Both the position numbers and the translations under genes were made by a program. The notes below the pieces were generated by a model that was given only the letters and a program-made list of their open reading frames with translations, was not told where the DNA came from and ran no database searches. A DNA stretch of 64,000 bases from NCBI GenBank assembly GCA_038087875.1, contig CM075990.1, forward strand, positions 434,001-498,000, read 5' to 3'. Below are positions 1 to 12,498 of this stretch, piece by piece. This stretch comes from Malacoraja senta. Taxonomy: Eukaryota. Each line of letters begins with the position of its first letter. Position 1 is the first letter of the stretch.

Positions 1-578
1 GGCCACAGTTCCCCTCACGCTACAAGTGCTGGCAGTGAACAGTGCTATCAGGGGTGACATTGGAGGGGGCATGAAATCCAGAGAAATGAAACCAGCTGCT
101 GAATCTTCTCTTCAGGTAAGACTTATCCAACAGGTAATACCTGGATGAGGAAGCATAAGCTGTCAGACTAATCAAGGTACCGACGACGACACACCCCACA
201 CCTTCATCGGCAGTAAGCAGTTCACTGAAGCTGGTGGCAGCTTGAAAGCTGGGCAGAGGTCTTTCAGATCAAGGTCCAAGCCGGTCTCAGGAAAAATATG
301 GAATCCACGCACCCTACCAGTCCTACTCTCCAATCAAGGAAGGAAATATAACCTGCATCAGGGGCCTTTGGGCTTACCATAAGACCACAGTTAACCATGG
401 AGGTAGGTGGGTCTGGTTCTTGCGAAACATGGGGTATGTGGACCATTTACAAGTTGGTAATATTTACACTTGTTTTATGTACAAATGACAATGATAACAT
501 GAGATTCAGATCCGTTTATAAACTAAAATGCTAACATGTGATTGGTTTATTCTACACAGTATACAAGGGTTCCAAGCA

Positions 579-935
579 TGGCTTGGAATTGGGGCCAGAG
601 TTGTCTTTCGAGGTAGGCTCAATATTACGGCCAGGATTGCCTTCCGAGACAAGCTCGGAAATATGGCCAGAGTTGTCTTTCATGGCAGGCTCAGAATTAT
701 GGCCAGAGTTGTCTTTCAAGGCAGGCCCAGTATTATGGCCAGGATTGCCTTTCAAGACAGGCTCAGAAATAAGGCCAGAGTTGTCTTTCGAGGCAGGCTC
801 AGAATTATGGCCAGAGTTGTCTTTCGAGGCAGGCTCAGTATTATGGCCAGGATTACCTTTCGAGACAGGTTCGGGAACCTGGGCAGAGTTGTCGTTCAAG
901 GCAGGCACGGAATTATGGCAGGCCTGGCCTGTTCA
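579..935. repeat. 36-bp minisatellite (~9 units, gaattatggccagagttgtctttcgaggcaggctca) inside DIRS A RT; duplicate at ~14106-14462
   Basis: 12-aa period (ELWPELSFEAGS) in overlapping ORFs; units visible in the DNA. Confidence 0.95.
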
Positions 936-3464
936 TTGTGAAAGATGGAGGATGTCGGTTCATCCTTGATTTAACTCGCATGTGCAATATAGACTTTTCA
1001 GGATATGGAACTCCGTTACTGTCTAACAACTGATTTTCATAGGATCTTTATTGCATGCATCGATCTCAAAGATGCATACTATTCAGGTCCCATTCACAGG
1101 GATCACCTGAGACATTTGAAATTTATCTGGATGGGGCAATGCTAACAATTAATGCGTTGCAATATGGGCTAACTTCAGCTCCCAGGTAATTTACCAAATT
1201 ACTAAACCAGTGCTTGGACTGCTCAGAGCTCAAAAACACTTGTTATGGCTTAACTGGATGATATTCTAAACGCTGTATTTTGCTAAAATCAACTGTTTCA
1301 GCCACAAACTATATTTGAGAAATTGAGGTTCCTCATCCATCCAGTTAAATTTTTGTTGATACCAACTAGAGTTATTGATTATTCGGATTTACCTTTAACT
1401 ATTAATTTGTCTGTGACTCCGCCCTGGGGCAAGAGATTGGAATTAATAGAACCCTGTAACAACCTTGTTGTTATGAAGCAACCTTCTATTCATCAAGTGT
1501 AATTGGCAATATAGTAGCTGTGTTTCAGCTGTGCAAATTGGGTCTTTGCCTTATCAGAACTTACAATGTGCAATGTAGTAACCTCTCAAGTGCCACGTAG
1601 GTCATTGTTAACAGACCTATGCTATTACCAGCTGAAGCTACCAAAGTCACAATGGTGGACGAACAGTATTCAGCATTGCTCCAGTAGTTTTTGGTCAGTA
1701 AATCTTCAGTTATTTTACAAACTGATGCTAGTGCTCAAAGATGGAAAATTACGAATGCCATCTCTAGTTACGGAGGCGGATGGGATTTGCATGAGTTACC
1801 AATTCTTCAGTTATTGGTATCAACTACCTATAGACACTAGGTGCATTCTATGGGTTAAAGGGTTGTTGTGCGAATATGCATAATCTGCATGCTCAATTCC
1901 AAGTTGATACACTGTGGTGGTGGCATATGTTAGTCACATGGGTGCAATCAAGTCAAAGTATCCTGTCATAATTTACCTAACCTCATATGGCGCTGGTGTA
2001 TCATCACGTAAAATCAATGACAACACAGAATGGATGTTGGATCACAAAGTATTATATGACATTATGGCTCAATGGAACACTGAATATCGATATGTTTTCA
2101 TCCAGGCTCATTCACCGGTTGCATAAACATGTGGCATCACAGTGGCGAGAGATACATTCTCGCAACACGGGGGAGGAATGTTCTTTTATGTATTTTCTCC
2201 ATTTTGCCACATCAGTCGGGTCTTGCAATAAATTCAGCAAGATCCCGCTTCAGGTTTTTTTGTACTGTCTGACTGGCCTATGCAGCCATGGTTCCCGCTT
2301 ATGTTGGGAATAATAATAGAACCTTATATGGGTATTCTAAAGATAAAACTTTGCTGGTTCAGCCTGTGACTCGGGAAACCAGCCTCTGCATGATTAAATC
2401 AATTCATTGACGCAGACTCTGAGAGGACTTCTCCTGCGGCTCGAGTTGTCAGACCGATTCATGTATCCATGCAGAGTGCAGGGATAGCACCAAAAAAGCA
2501 GTACATTTCCTCTTCAGGAGATGGGAAGCATTTTGTTTAAATGCTATGTTACATATAATACGGCACGGATACTGACATCTTGGAGTTCATTTTCAAATGG
2601 GTCCTTGACAATAAATTAAGTTACAATGCCATTAACTGTGCCCAACGTGCCTTCTGATCATATTTGCTGCAGCGAACGGGACCCGCTCTGTCGGGTCTCA
2701 CCCTCTAATTTACCAGGGGGCTCCAGCTACATTCTTATCTTTGGCCCGGCTCATAAAGTAGTTATCCTCATGGTGCTGCTTTCAGCACAACGGGTCCAGT
2801 CATTACATAAATTGCGACTGGACAGGATGGTTACACCTGCAAATAATATAAATGTTTATGATTTAGTTAAGCAGAGCAGCCCAGGGGCGTCAGGTCTCAA
2901 ACTAGTTCTCATGGCATACCCCATGGACCTTTGGTTATGTGTGGTCACACATTACAACAATACATCAAGGTCATCTGGAGCCTTAGAGGCTCTGATACTA
3001 GCAATGTTTGTTAGTTACAAAAAACCTCATAAGAAGGTATCAGTTCAGACAATCTCCAGGTGTTTAAAACAGGGTTTTGGCTTATGCAGGAGTAGATACT
3101 CATATTTTCTAATCTCACTCCACCAGGGTTGCTACAACATCAGCAGCAAGGGTTATGTAGGTCTGCTGGACCACATCCTAGCGATTGCAGGATGGTCTAA
3201 CGAACGTGTTTTCCAAACATTTTATAATAACCCATTGCCAGACCAGGGGTATTTGCCAACTCTATTTTAGGTTATATTTTATAGTTTCCTCCCGGATGAG
3301 AGGGGTTACTATTATTATTATTTGTTCATTAAAAAGCATCAGCATGTTTTAAATCTATGTCATGTCTGTATGCATTATGAATGTTTCCCTTATCTGTGGT
3401 CAACTGATGCAGTTGTGCTTGTGTGGACTCGTTTCCACGGCATGAAATTACAGAGCTTTGAAAT

Positions 3465-3576
3465 CTTCACGTAGTCACTCACGTGACTCCGAAGTAAAAT
3501 AGTAAGATTAAACGAGAACTTACCAGTTTGAAGTTTGATCTTTATTTTATGAGGAGTTACGATGAGCGATTACGTG
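3465..3576. other. Internal complementary region (ICR) of DIRS A
   Basis: cttcacgtagtcactcacgtgactccgaagtaa is the reverse complement of the family left end; aatagtaagattaaacgagaacttaccag... is the reverse complement of the right end. Confidence 0.92.
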
Positions 3577-4208
3577 CCCTCCGCTCCCAACCCTCGTATC
3601 ATAAAGGTCATCTGGTAGTTCTAGTCCTCTCTAATCTTACTATGTTCAGTTCAACAACTGTTATCTGTGATTTCACACCGCTGCTTTGAAGATTGACGTG
3701 CATGCGAGCTGACGGCCTTCTTCAGGTAATCGCTCATAAAATAAATATCAAACTTCAAACTGGTAAGTTCTCATTTAATCTTACTATTAAACTGTACATG
3801 AGTACAATAAATCCATATACAAGTACAAGTAATTTACAAAGAGAAAAATACCAGAGTACACAATATAGTGTGACAGCTTTCCAGCATTACAGGGACAGGG
3901 AAATCACAAGGGCCACATTGAGTTATGTTGGGTGATCGGGATTATACCGTTTGCTGATGAGAGGACCTTTCAGTAGTCTGATAACAGCAAGGAAGTAGCT
4001 GTTCTGCCTGATGTGTGAAGGGAGAAAAGGGTTGTGAGGACTGTTTATGCTCTGGGTATCCTTCCAGCCTCATCACAGTTGCATCCATCCCTCATGAAGC
4101 TAGCTGGTCAGTTGGAACTCATAACTATTCCCCCATCCACTGGAGCCAGCAGCTTACATTCCACTGGTTGAGGCCACCCTTACTTCCCAGTGGAGTTCCA
4201 AATGGAGT

Positions 4209-4340
4209 CTAAAGAAGGATCTTGACCATAAACATCACCCATCCCTTCTGTCCAGAGATGCCACCTGTCCCGCTGAGTTACTCCAGCATTTTGTGTCTAT
4301 CTAAGGTGTAAACCAGCATCTACAGTTCCTTACTACATCT
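4209..4340 (+). repeat. Penelope-type terminal repeat fragment (duplicate ~17800-17930)
   Basis: Shares ccagagatgc..cctgtcccgctgagttactccagcattttgtgtctatc..aaaccagcatct with the Penelope fragment at 22536-22905. Confidence 0.7.
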
Positions 4341-4741
4341 TACTCCGACCAGCGCGGCCCGGGAAGGAAGCGGCTGTTCCAGATACTCCAATGCCGCTGA
4401 AGAGTCTTCTCCCGATGCCGGAACTCCATCATCCGGCGAGAGGGCCTATAACATCCAGCCACCGTTGCGACGAATGCGGAGGCCTCAAATAGGCCCCGAC
4501 CTCGGGTGAACTAAGAGGAGGAGGACTGGACTTTTTAGTGCCTTCCCTCACAGTGAAAAGTTGCTTCTGCTGTGGGGGAACGTTCCTGTTAAATTCTATA
4601 GTGTGTTGTGTCTTTTTTATTTTTTTATTTTATATGGATGTATGGTAATCTGATTTCTTCTCTGTAAAGCACTTTGGCTTCAACTTGATTTGATTTAAAA
4701 TTGCTCTATAAATAAAAAATTACTTACTTACTTACTTACTT
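4341..4741 (+). mobile_element. Non-coding SINE-like element with L2-type 3' end and (tact)n tail (duplicate ~17931-18332)
   Basis: GC-rich body followed by tgtaaagcactttg...ataaataaaaaa(ttac)n. Confidence 0.55.
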
Positions 4742-5011
4742 CCCAGTGGGCAGGAATAAACCTCAGCTCATGCCCACCAGACGCTGTGAAATTTTAATCC
4801 TGGACTTTGACCCAACCAGCCCAGGTGGGCTGAAACTGGATGCCAGGACACAGCTTTTAATATGTGATTGTCACAAAACTGCTTTTGCAGTCCAGCTGCC
4901 TGGCCTCTTTAATGTCGGTTTCCTTTGAGCTACAAAACATTGGGCTCTGGCAATACATTGGGTCCAGTCATTCCTACTCCTTGTATGGTCTCTGCTTCGG
5001 CCTTTGAACTT

Positions 5012-5083
5012 TGGGGCGGCACGGTGGCGCAATGGCAGAGTTGCAGCCTTACAGCACCAGAGTCCCAGGTTCCATCCTGACTA
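5012..5083 (+). mobile_element. tRNA-like SINE head interrupted by the Rex1/Babar LINE tail
   Basis: ggtggcgcaatggcagag (A box) and ggttccatcc (B box); matches the heads of other SINE copies. Confidence 0.7.
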
Positions 5084-6178
5084 AGATTCAAGATTCAAGA
5101 GAGTTTGTTGTCATGTGTCCCTGATAGGACAATGAAATTCTTGCTTTACTTCAGCACAACAGAACATAGTAGGCATGAATACAGAACAGATCAGTGTGTC
5201 CATATACCATTATATAAATATATACACACATGAATAATTAAACTGATTAAGTGCAAATAAACAGATAATGTGCTATTAATGTTCAGAGATTTGTCCGAGA
5301 CAAGTTTAATAACCTGATGGTTGTGGGGAAGTAGCTATTCCTGAACCTGGTCGTTGGCTCCTGTAACTTCTACCTGAAGGTAGCGGGGAGTTGAGTGTGT
5401 GGCCAGGATGGTGTGGTTCCTTGATGATGCTGCCAGCCTTTTTGAGGCAGCGACTGCGATAGATCCCCTCGATGGAAGGGAGGTCAGAGCCGATGATGGA
5501 CTGGGCAGTGTTTACTACTTTTTGTAGTCTTTTCCGCTCCAGGGCACTCAAGTTGCCGAACCAAGCCACGATGCAACTGGTCAGCATGTTCTCTTCACAT
5601 TGTGTTTCTGAATTTGTTGTTGTTGTTTTTTGGATCGAATTTCTGTCTTTAATTTGTGTATTGGTGATGTCTTTATAACTTATTTTACTCTGATTATATG
5701 TTTCTTTGTTAAATTTTGTAAGGTGTCCTTGAGACTTTTGTATAGGCGCCCATAAATAAAATTTATTATTATTATTATTATTACTGTGCACCTGTAGAAG
5801 TTAGAGAGTCCTCTCTGACAAACCGACTCTCCGTAATCTTCTCAGGAAGTAGAGGCGCTGATGTGCTTTCTTAATAATTGCATCAGTGTTCTCGGACCAG
5901 GAAAGATCTTCAGAGATATGCACGCCCAGGAATTTGAGGATCTTGACCCTTTCAACCATCGACCCGTTGATATAAACGGGACTCTGGGTCCCCATCCTAC
6001 TCCTTCCAAAGTCCACAATCAGTTCCTTGGTTTTGCTGGTGTTGAGGGCCAGGTTATTGTGCTGGCACCATATGGGCAGTTGCTCGATCTCTCTTCTGTA
6101 CTCTGACTCATCCCCATCAGTGATACGTCCCACAACAGTGGTGTCGTCAGCGAACTTGATGATGGAATTCACACTATG
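5084..6178 (-). mobile_element. 5'-truncated Rex1/Babar-clade LINE (RT C-terminus and 3' UTR); deleted duplicate ~18674-19492
   Basis: KFADDTTVVG..WCQHNNLALNTSKTKELIVDF..KFLGVHIS..AHQRLYFLRRL; SGRSYRS..TTRFRNSYFP; (tcttgaa)n tail on minus strand. Confidence 0.88.
5595..5783 (+). mobile_element. L2-like 3' end with (tat)n tail nested in the Rex1 LINE (duplicate ~19195-19384)
   Basis: gtaaggtgtccttgag...aggcgcccataaataaaatt(tat)n interrupts the Rex1 reading frame, which resumes on both sides. Confidence 0.7.
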
Positions 6179-6402
6179 ACGCGGCTGGACACTACAGGAG
6201 AAGGAAGATCGTCAAGGCAACCAGATGGTCTTTTGAGATTGAAAAGGGCTTCGAGGGGTAAAAGATAGCTTAATAGTATGATTATATGCTGAATAGTTTA
6301 AATTTAAAATTGTACTGGAAAGTATTCCTTGGATTTAGTAGCGAGAGAGTGATGCCACAAAAGTTTGATAGTATATATGGGCACTGAATAAATCTCTTAT
6401 AG

Positions 6403-6815
6403 TATGGTATGGTACTTTATTTGTCATCTGTACTGAGGTACAGTGAAATTAATGTTTGTATACAGCTCAGTACTAGTATCACTATACATAAGCACTTCAA
6501 TACATATTAGATAAGTATTACAGATACAGTACAAGTGTACAGCTGTAGTACACTGAGACAATATACAGAGTCACCAGTTTGGCGCCATTTTCAAGTCCCA
6601 GTGTTGCAAGTGCAGGTTCTTGATCTGACCATGAAGGTCTGTTGTCCTGGTGGCGCTGCAGGGACGGCCCGGCTAAGCGTAGCCATGGTGTCCTGCGCCG
6701 CTGCTCCACCGCTGTAGGCCGCGTGCGGTCCACATACTCGGCCTCTTGGAGCGGCGCCCGGTCCTGCCGAGCCCCAGGATGCTGCAGGGCCTCCAGCGGC
6801 CCACTCCCCTGTCAG
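6403..6815 (-). mobile_element. SINE-like element with Rex1-type 3' tail
   Basis: Minus-strand atttcactgtacctcagtacagatgacaaataaag(tacca)n end with GC-rich body. Confidence 0.5.
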
Positions 6816-6936
6816 CTTGTGCAGTGAAAAATGTTTCATCCTAGTAAAATATAAATGGAACAATTTCACAGCCTTACTGGTACCACACTAGTCACTTAAT
6901 GGAAAGCCTGCTTTCGTTCTCAAAGCTGTACAAAAT

Positions 6937-7254
6937 GACATGGTGGCACAGCGGTTGAGTTGCTGCATTACAGCGCTTGCGGCGCCGGAGGCCCGGGTTC
7001 AATCCCGACTATGAGTGCTGTCTCTACGGTGTTTGTATGTTCTTCCCGTGAATGCATGGATTTTCTCCGAGATCTTCGGTTTCTCCCACACTCCAAAGAC
7101 GTACAGGCTTTCAGGTTAATTTACTTGGTATAAGTGTAAATTGTCCCTAGTGTGTGTAAGGTAGCGTTAATGTGCGGGGATCGCTGGTCGGCGCGGACTC
7201 GGTGGGCCGAAGGGCCTGTTTCTGCGCTGTATCTCTAAACTAAACTAAACTAAA
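6937..7254 (+). mobile_element. tRNA-derived SINE (HE1/V-SINE-like) with CR1-type tail
   Basis: A/B boxes, central ttcggtttc..cccacactccaaagac core, gggccgaagggcctgtttc tail, (ctaaa)n; several copies in window. Confidence 0.85.
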
Positions 7255-7579
7255 TGTTTCAAGACAATCTTCCTTCCAGACACACCTTCAGGAGCCATTG
7301 AAAAATTAATTGAAGACACAAGGCACTGCAGATGCTGGAACCCAGAGCAACAAATTATAGCCGGAACTGTGGGGGGAAGGAGCTGTCGAGCTCATGGGTC
7401 TGTATCAGGACTGAGGGTGAAAAAGCAAGAGAGGGGTATAAAGAGGAGAAGGGGCAAGGAGAGACTGGGGCCAGTAGGTAATAGGGGTGCCAAAGTTGGG
7501 TGAAGGATGAGGGAGAGACGGTGCTCAGTGAGGGAGGTGGAGGGATGGAGTTACGATACAGAAACTGGTGAGTCCTGAT

Positions 7580-7834
7580 GGAGAGGTCGGGCAGGCTAGG
7601 ACTGTGTTCCTTGGAGAGTAGGAGGATGAGGAGTGATCTGTTAGTGGAGAATAAGATCATGAGGGGAATAGATAGGGCAGATGCACAGGGCTTTTACCAG
7701 AGAAGAGAAATCAAGAACCAGAGGACATAGGGTTTATGGTGACAAGGGAGAGATTTAATAAGTACCTGAGGGACAACTTTTTCACACAGAGGGTGGTGGG
7801 TGCAGGAGATGAGCTGCCAGTGGAGGTAGTTGAG
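7580..7834 (+). mobile_element. Old CR1 3' fragment; continues at 11585-11608 and 22099-22240
   Basis: Degenerate R..RGDL / TRGH / FFTQRVV / ELPVEVVE; the 3' UTR resumes after two nested insertions. Confidence 0.75.
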
Positions 7835-8383
7835 ACCGGTCCTGTTGCTCAGAAGGGTAAGGAAAAGAAGAGGGGGGCAATATTAATAGGGGACTCTATA
7901 GTTAGGGGGTCAGACAGGCGATTCTGTGGACGCAGTCGGGAGACCCGGATGGTAGTTTGCCTCCCTGGTGCCAGGGTCTGTGATGTGTCCCAACGTGTCC
8001 AAGACATCCTGAAAGGGCAGGGAGAGGAGCCCGAGGTCGTGATACATATAGGTACCAATGACATAGGTAAAAAAAGAGAAGAGGTCCTGAAAGGAGAATT
8101 TAGGGAGTTAGGAGGGGAGTTAAAGAGAAGGACAGCAAAGGTAACAATCTCGGGATTACTGCCTGTACCACGCGACAGTGAGAGTAGGAATGGAGCGAGG
8201 TGGAGGATAAATGCGTGGCTGAAGGACTGGTGCAGAAGGCAGGGATTCAAATTTCTGGATCATTGGGACTTCTTTTGTGGAAGGTTCGACCTGTACAAAA
8301 AGGATGGGTTGCACTTGAACCTGAGGGGGACCGATATCCTGGCGGGGAGATCTGCAAAGGCTACTGGGGAGACTTTAAACTAG
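7835..8383 (+). CDS. CR1 ORF1 C-terminal SGNH/GDSL esterase domain (5'-truncated)
   Basis: IGDSIVR, LPGA, HIGTND and DGLHLN blocks. Confidence 0.88.
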   Translation, partial: TGPVAQKGKEKKRGAILIGDSIVRGSDRRFCGRSRETRMVVCLPGARVCDVSQRVQDILKGQGEEPEVVIHIGTNDIGKKREEVLKGEFRELGGELKRRTAKVTISGLLPVPRDSESRNGARWRINAWLKDWCRRQGFKFLDHWDFFCGRFDLYKKDGLHLNLRGTDILAGRSAKATGETLN

Positions 8384-8562
8384 AATGGTTGGGGGGAGGG
8401 ACTCAAATAGAGAATGCTATTAGACAGTGTGTGAGGCAGGAGGCAGAGAAGGAAAGCACTCAGACCCAACATGCAGGGGGGAAAGAAGAAAACAATAATA
8501 AACAGAGAATAAGAGGTGGTGGGGTTCTTAAATGGGTGAGCAGAGAAACAGAGGGGTGTAAA

Positions 8563-11485
8563 ATGCGGGCGGAAGCAATAGGTAGCAAGGTGAAAGGTAA
8601 AAGTGGCAGGCAGACAAATCCAGGACAAAAATCAAAAAGAGCCACTTTTCAACATAATTGTATAAGGGGTAAGAGCGTTGTAAAAACAAGTCTGAAGGCT
8701 TTGTGTCTCAATGCAAGGAGCATTCGTAATAAGGTGGATGAGTTGAACGTGCAGATAGCAATTAATGATTATGATATAGTTGGGATCACGGAGACATGGC
8801 TCCAAGGTGACCAAGGCTGGGAGCTGAACAATATTCAGGAGGGATAGAGAGAAAGGAAAAGGAGGTGGGGTGGCGTTGCTGGTTAGAGAGGAGATTAACG
8901 CAGTGGAAAGGAAGGACATTAGCTTGGAGGATGTGGAATCGGTATGGGTAGAGCTGCGAAACACTAAGGGGCAGAAAACGCTGGTGGGCGTTGTGTACAG
9001 GCCACCTAGCAGTAGTAGTGAAGTTGGGGATGGCATCAAACAGGAAATTAGAAATGCGTGCAACAAAGGCAAAACAGTTATAATGGGTGACTTCAATCTA
9101 CATATAGATTGGGTGAATCAAATTGGCAGGGGTGCTGAGGAAGAGGATTTCTTGGAATGTATGAGGGATAGTTATCTAAACCTACATGTAGAGGAACCAA
9201 CGAGAGAGCAGGCTATTCTAGACTGGGTATTGAGTAATGAGGAAGGGTTAGTTAGCAGACTCGTTGTGCGTGCCCCCTTGGGCAAGAGTGATCATAATAT
9301 GGTTGAGTTCTTCATTAGGATGGAGAGTGACATTGTTAATTCAGAAACAACGGTTCTGAACTTAAAGAAAGGCAACTTTGAGGGTATGAGACATGAATTG
9401 GCCAAGATTGACTGGCAATTAGTTCTAAAAGGGTTGACGGTGGATATGCAATGGAAGGCATTTAAAGACTGCATGGATGAACTACAAAAATTGTTCATCC
9501 CAGTTTGGCAAAAGAATAAATCAAGGAAGGTAATGCATCCGTGGATAACAAGGGAAATCAGGGATAGTATCAAAGCAAAAGATGATGCGTACAAATTAGC
9601 CAGAAAAAGCAGCATACCAGAGGACTGGGAGAAATTCAGAGACCAGCAGAGGAGGACAAAGGGCTTAATTAGGAAAGGGAAAATAGATTATGAAAGGAAA
9701 CTGGCAAGGAACATAAAAACTGACTGCAAAAGTTTTTATAGATATGTGAAGAGAAAGAGATTAGTTAAATCAAATGTAGGTCCCTTGCAGTCAGAAACAG
9801 GTGAATTGATCATGGGGAACAAGGATATGGCAGACCAATTGAATAACTACTTTGGTTCCGTCTTCACTAAGGAAGACATAAATAATCTGCCGGAAATAGC
9901 AGGGGGCCGCGGGTCAAAGGAGATGGAGGAACTGAGTGAAATCCAGGTTAGTCGGGAAGTGGTGTTGGGTAAATTGAATGGATTAAAGGCCGATAAATCA
10001 CCAGGGCCAGATAGGCTGCATCCCAGAGTACTTAAGGAAGTAGCTCCAGAAATAGTGGATGCATTAGTGATAATTTTTCAAAACTCTTTAGATTCTGGAG
10101 TAGTTCCTGAGGATTGGAGGGTAGCAAACGTAACCCCACTTTTTAAGAAGGGAGGGAGAGAGAAAACGGGGAATTACAGACCAGTTAGTCTAACATCGGT
10201 AGTGGGGAAACTGCTAGAGTCAGTTATTAAAGATGGGATAGCAGCACATTTGGAAAGTGGTGAAATCATTGGACAAAGTCAGCATGGATTTACGAAAGGT
10301 AAATCGTGTCTGACGAATCTTATAGAATTTTTCGAGGATGTAACTAGTAGAGTGGTTAGGGGAGAACCAGTGGATGTGTTGTATCTGGACTTTCAGAAGG
10401 CTTTCGACAAGGTACCACATAAGAGATTAGGATACAAACTTAAATCACACGGTATTGGGGGTTCAGTATTGATGTGGATAGAGAACTGGCTGGCAAACAG
10501 GAAGCAAAGAGTAGGAGTAAACGGGTCCTTTTCACAATGGCAGGCAGTGACTAGTGGGGTACCACAAGGCTCAGTGCTGGGACCCCAGCTATTTACAATT
10601 TATATTAATGATCTGGACGAGGGAATTGAAAGCAACATCTCCAAGTTTGCGGATGACACTAAGCTGGGGGGCAGTGTTAGCTGTGAGGAGGATGCTAGGA
10701 GACTGCAAGGTGACTTGGATAGGCTGGGTGAGTGGGCAAATGTTTGGCAGATGCAGTATAATGTGGATAAATGTGAGGTTATCCACTTTGGTAGCAAAAA
10801 CGGGAAGGCAGACTATTATCTAAATGGTGGCCGATTAGGAAATGGGGAGATGCAGCGAGACCTGGGTGTCATGGTACACCAGTCATTGAAAGTAGGCATG
10901 CAGGTGCAGCAGGCAGTGAAGAAAGCGAATGGTATGTTGGCCTTCATAGCAAGAGGATTTGAGTATAGGAGCAGTGAGGTTCTACTGCAGTTGTACAGGG
11001 TCTTGGTGAGACCACACCTGGAGTATTGCGTACAGTTTTGGTCTCCAAATCTGAGGAAGGACATTATAGCCATAGAGGGAGTGCAGAGAAGGTTCACCAG
11101 ACTGATTCCTGGGATGTCAGGACTTTCATATGAAGAAAGACTGGATAGACTTGGCTTATACTCGCTAGAATTTAGGAGATTGAGAGGGGATCTTATAGAA
11201 ACGTACAAGATTCTTATGGGGTTGGACAGGCTAGATGCAGGAAGATTGTTCCCGATGTTGGGGAAGTCCAGGACAAGAGGTCACAGCTTAAGGATAAGGG
11301 GAAAATCCTTTAAGACCGAGATGAGGAAAAACTTTTTCACACAGAGAGTGGTGAATCTCTGGAACTCTCTGCCACAGAGGGTAGTTGAGGCCAGTTCATT
11401 GGCTATATTTAAGAGGGAATTAGATGTGGCCCTTGTGGCTAAAGGGATCAGGGGGTATGGAGAGAAGGCAGGTACGGGATACTGA
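8563..11485 (+). pseudogene. CR1 ORF2 (APE endonuclease + RT); one frameshift near 8830, then 871 aa open
   Basis: [63 protein letters not shown]. Confidence 0.95.
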
Positions 11486-11608
11486 GTTGGATGATCAGCC
11501 ATGATCGTATTGAATGGCGGTGCAGGCTCGAAGGGCCGAATGGCCTACTCCTGCACCTAATTTCTATGTATCTATGTATCTATGTACCATAACAACTTTT
11601 AAAGTACA

Positions 11609-12302
11609 CTAGTCCAAGGGGGACTCATAGGGTCCTGTCCCCTCAACGGGTGTTTGCGGGGGTGGGGTGGTGGGCGGCCTGCGGCGTCACACACACACTA
11701 TCCACCCCCCCCCCCCCACACACACACACTAACCATTCTCCACACACACTTACCACCTCCCTTAATATTATATTAATACTAGACTAAGTGGGACCCGATG
11801 GGTCCCATGCTCACGGGAGGGCTGGTCCCCCAACGCAATATTCCACCTCTCCACCAATTGCAATATTGGTGGTCAGTGGAGACTGGGGGGCTTTCTGGAA
11901 CGCTAGTATGGGTGTTGTAGGCTGAAAGGACTGGTTTCCAGAGGACAAGTATGGACATTGTGGGCCAAATGGATTCTTGGGGTGGCAGCTCAGTCACTCA
12001 AACCTGATGTGCTGGCAGCTCACTCACGGCTGGTGGGCAGGCAGTTGACACGGTTATTCCTTGAAATTCCTTTTCAAGCAGGGTGCAAGGCCACCAAATT
12101 CAAATGCTGTTTCCTACCATTCCAAGCAGGGTGCAAGGCCACCAAATTCAAGTGCAGTTTCTTACCACTCCAAGCAGGGTGCAAGGCCACAAAATTCAAG
12201 TGCAGTTTCCTACCACTTCAAGCAGTGTGCAAGGCCACCAAACTCAAGTGCAGTTTCATGCCACTTCAAGCAGGGTGCAAGGCCACCAAATTCAACTGCA
12301 GT
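11609..12302 (-). mobile_element. Non-autonomous Helitron-like element, 3' part with two tandem hairpin+CTAG termini
   Basis: CTAG at 11609-11612 and 11779-11782, each next to a GC hairpin (tgggaccc-gat-gggtccca at 11789-11807) and followed by T on the minus strand. Confidence 0.75.
12076..12302. repeat. 48-bp minisatellite (caagcagggtgcaaggccaccaaattcaagtgcagtttcctaccactt), ~4.7 units
   Basis: 16-aa period QAGCKATKFKCSFLPL. Confidence 0.95.
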
Positions 12303-12498
12303 GGAGAGAAGGAATGGGTGACGTTTTGGGTCGAGACCCTTCTTCACACCGAATCGAGGAGCAGGAGGAATCACAGAGGGGGAGTAGCGAGAGAGGATGT
12401 TAGAGATCTCTCGTCAGAGAGAGGAAGAGAACATCTTCAAAGTAGACATACCTTGGGGAGATTTTGCATTGGAGCAGCAATAATGTGGTAGAAACGCC

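Larger units (their letters stand above)
1..3788 (+). mobile_element. DIRS1-like retrotransposon A (5' part upstream of window), decayed: gag end, RT/RNase H/methyltransferase-like remnants, tyrosine recombinase remnant, ICR, right terminus
   Basis: RT remnants (IDLKDAY, LDDIL-like); recombinase motifs in ORF 2626-3270 (SAQRVQSL, QTISR, AGWSN..F.TFY); ICR ~3465-3576; right end ...ttctcatttaatcttact-ATT at 3786-3788. Confidence 0.93.
7835..11586 (+). mobile_element. Young, long CR1 LINE (partial ORF1, ORF2, 3' UTR, 8-bp tctatgt[at] tail) nested in the old CR1
   Basis: Esterase ORF1, APE-RT ORF2, gggccgaatggcc stem-loop and octamer tail. Confidence 0.96.

Noticed and set aside
528..969. Repetitive ORFs in several frames, and CRISPR-like 36-bp periodicity
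   Set aside because: Contiguous tandem units with no unique spacers and no cas genes; the ORFs are by-products of a stop-free minisatellite.
6937..7010. tRNA gene
   Set aside because: A/B boxes belong to SINE heads that continue into SINE body and tail; no full cloverleaf.
11958..12491. Cys/Lys-rich repeat protein (QAGCKATKFKCSFLPL)
   Set aside because: Translation of the 48-bp minisatellite; no independent coding evidence.
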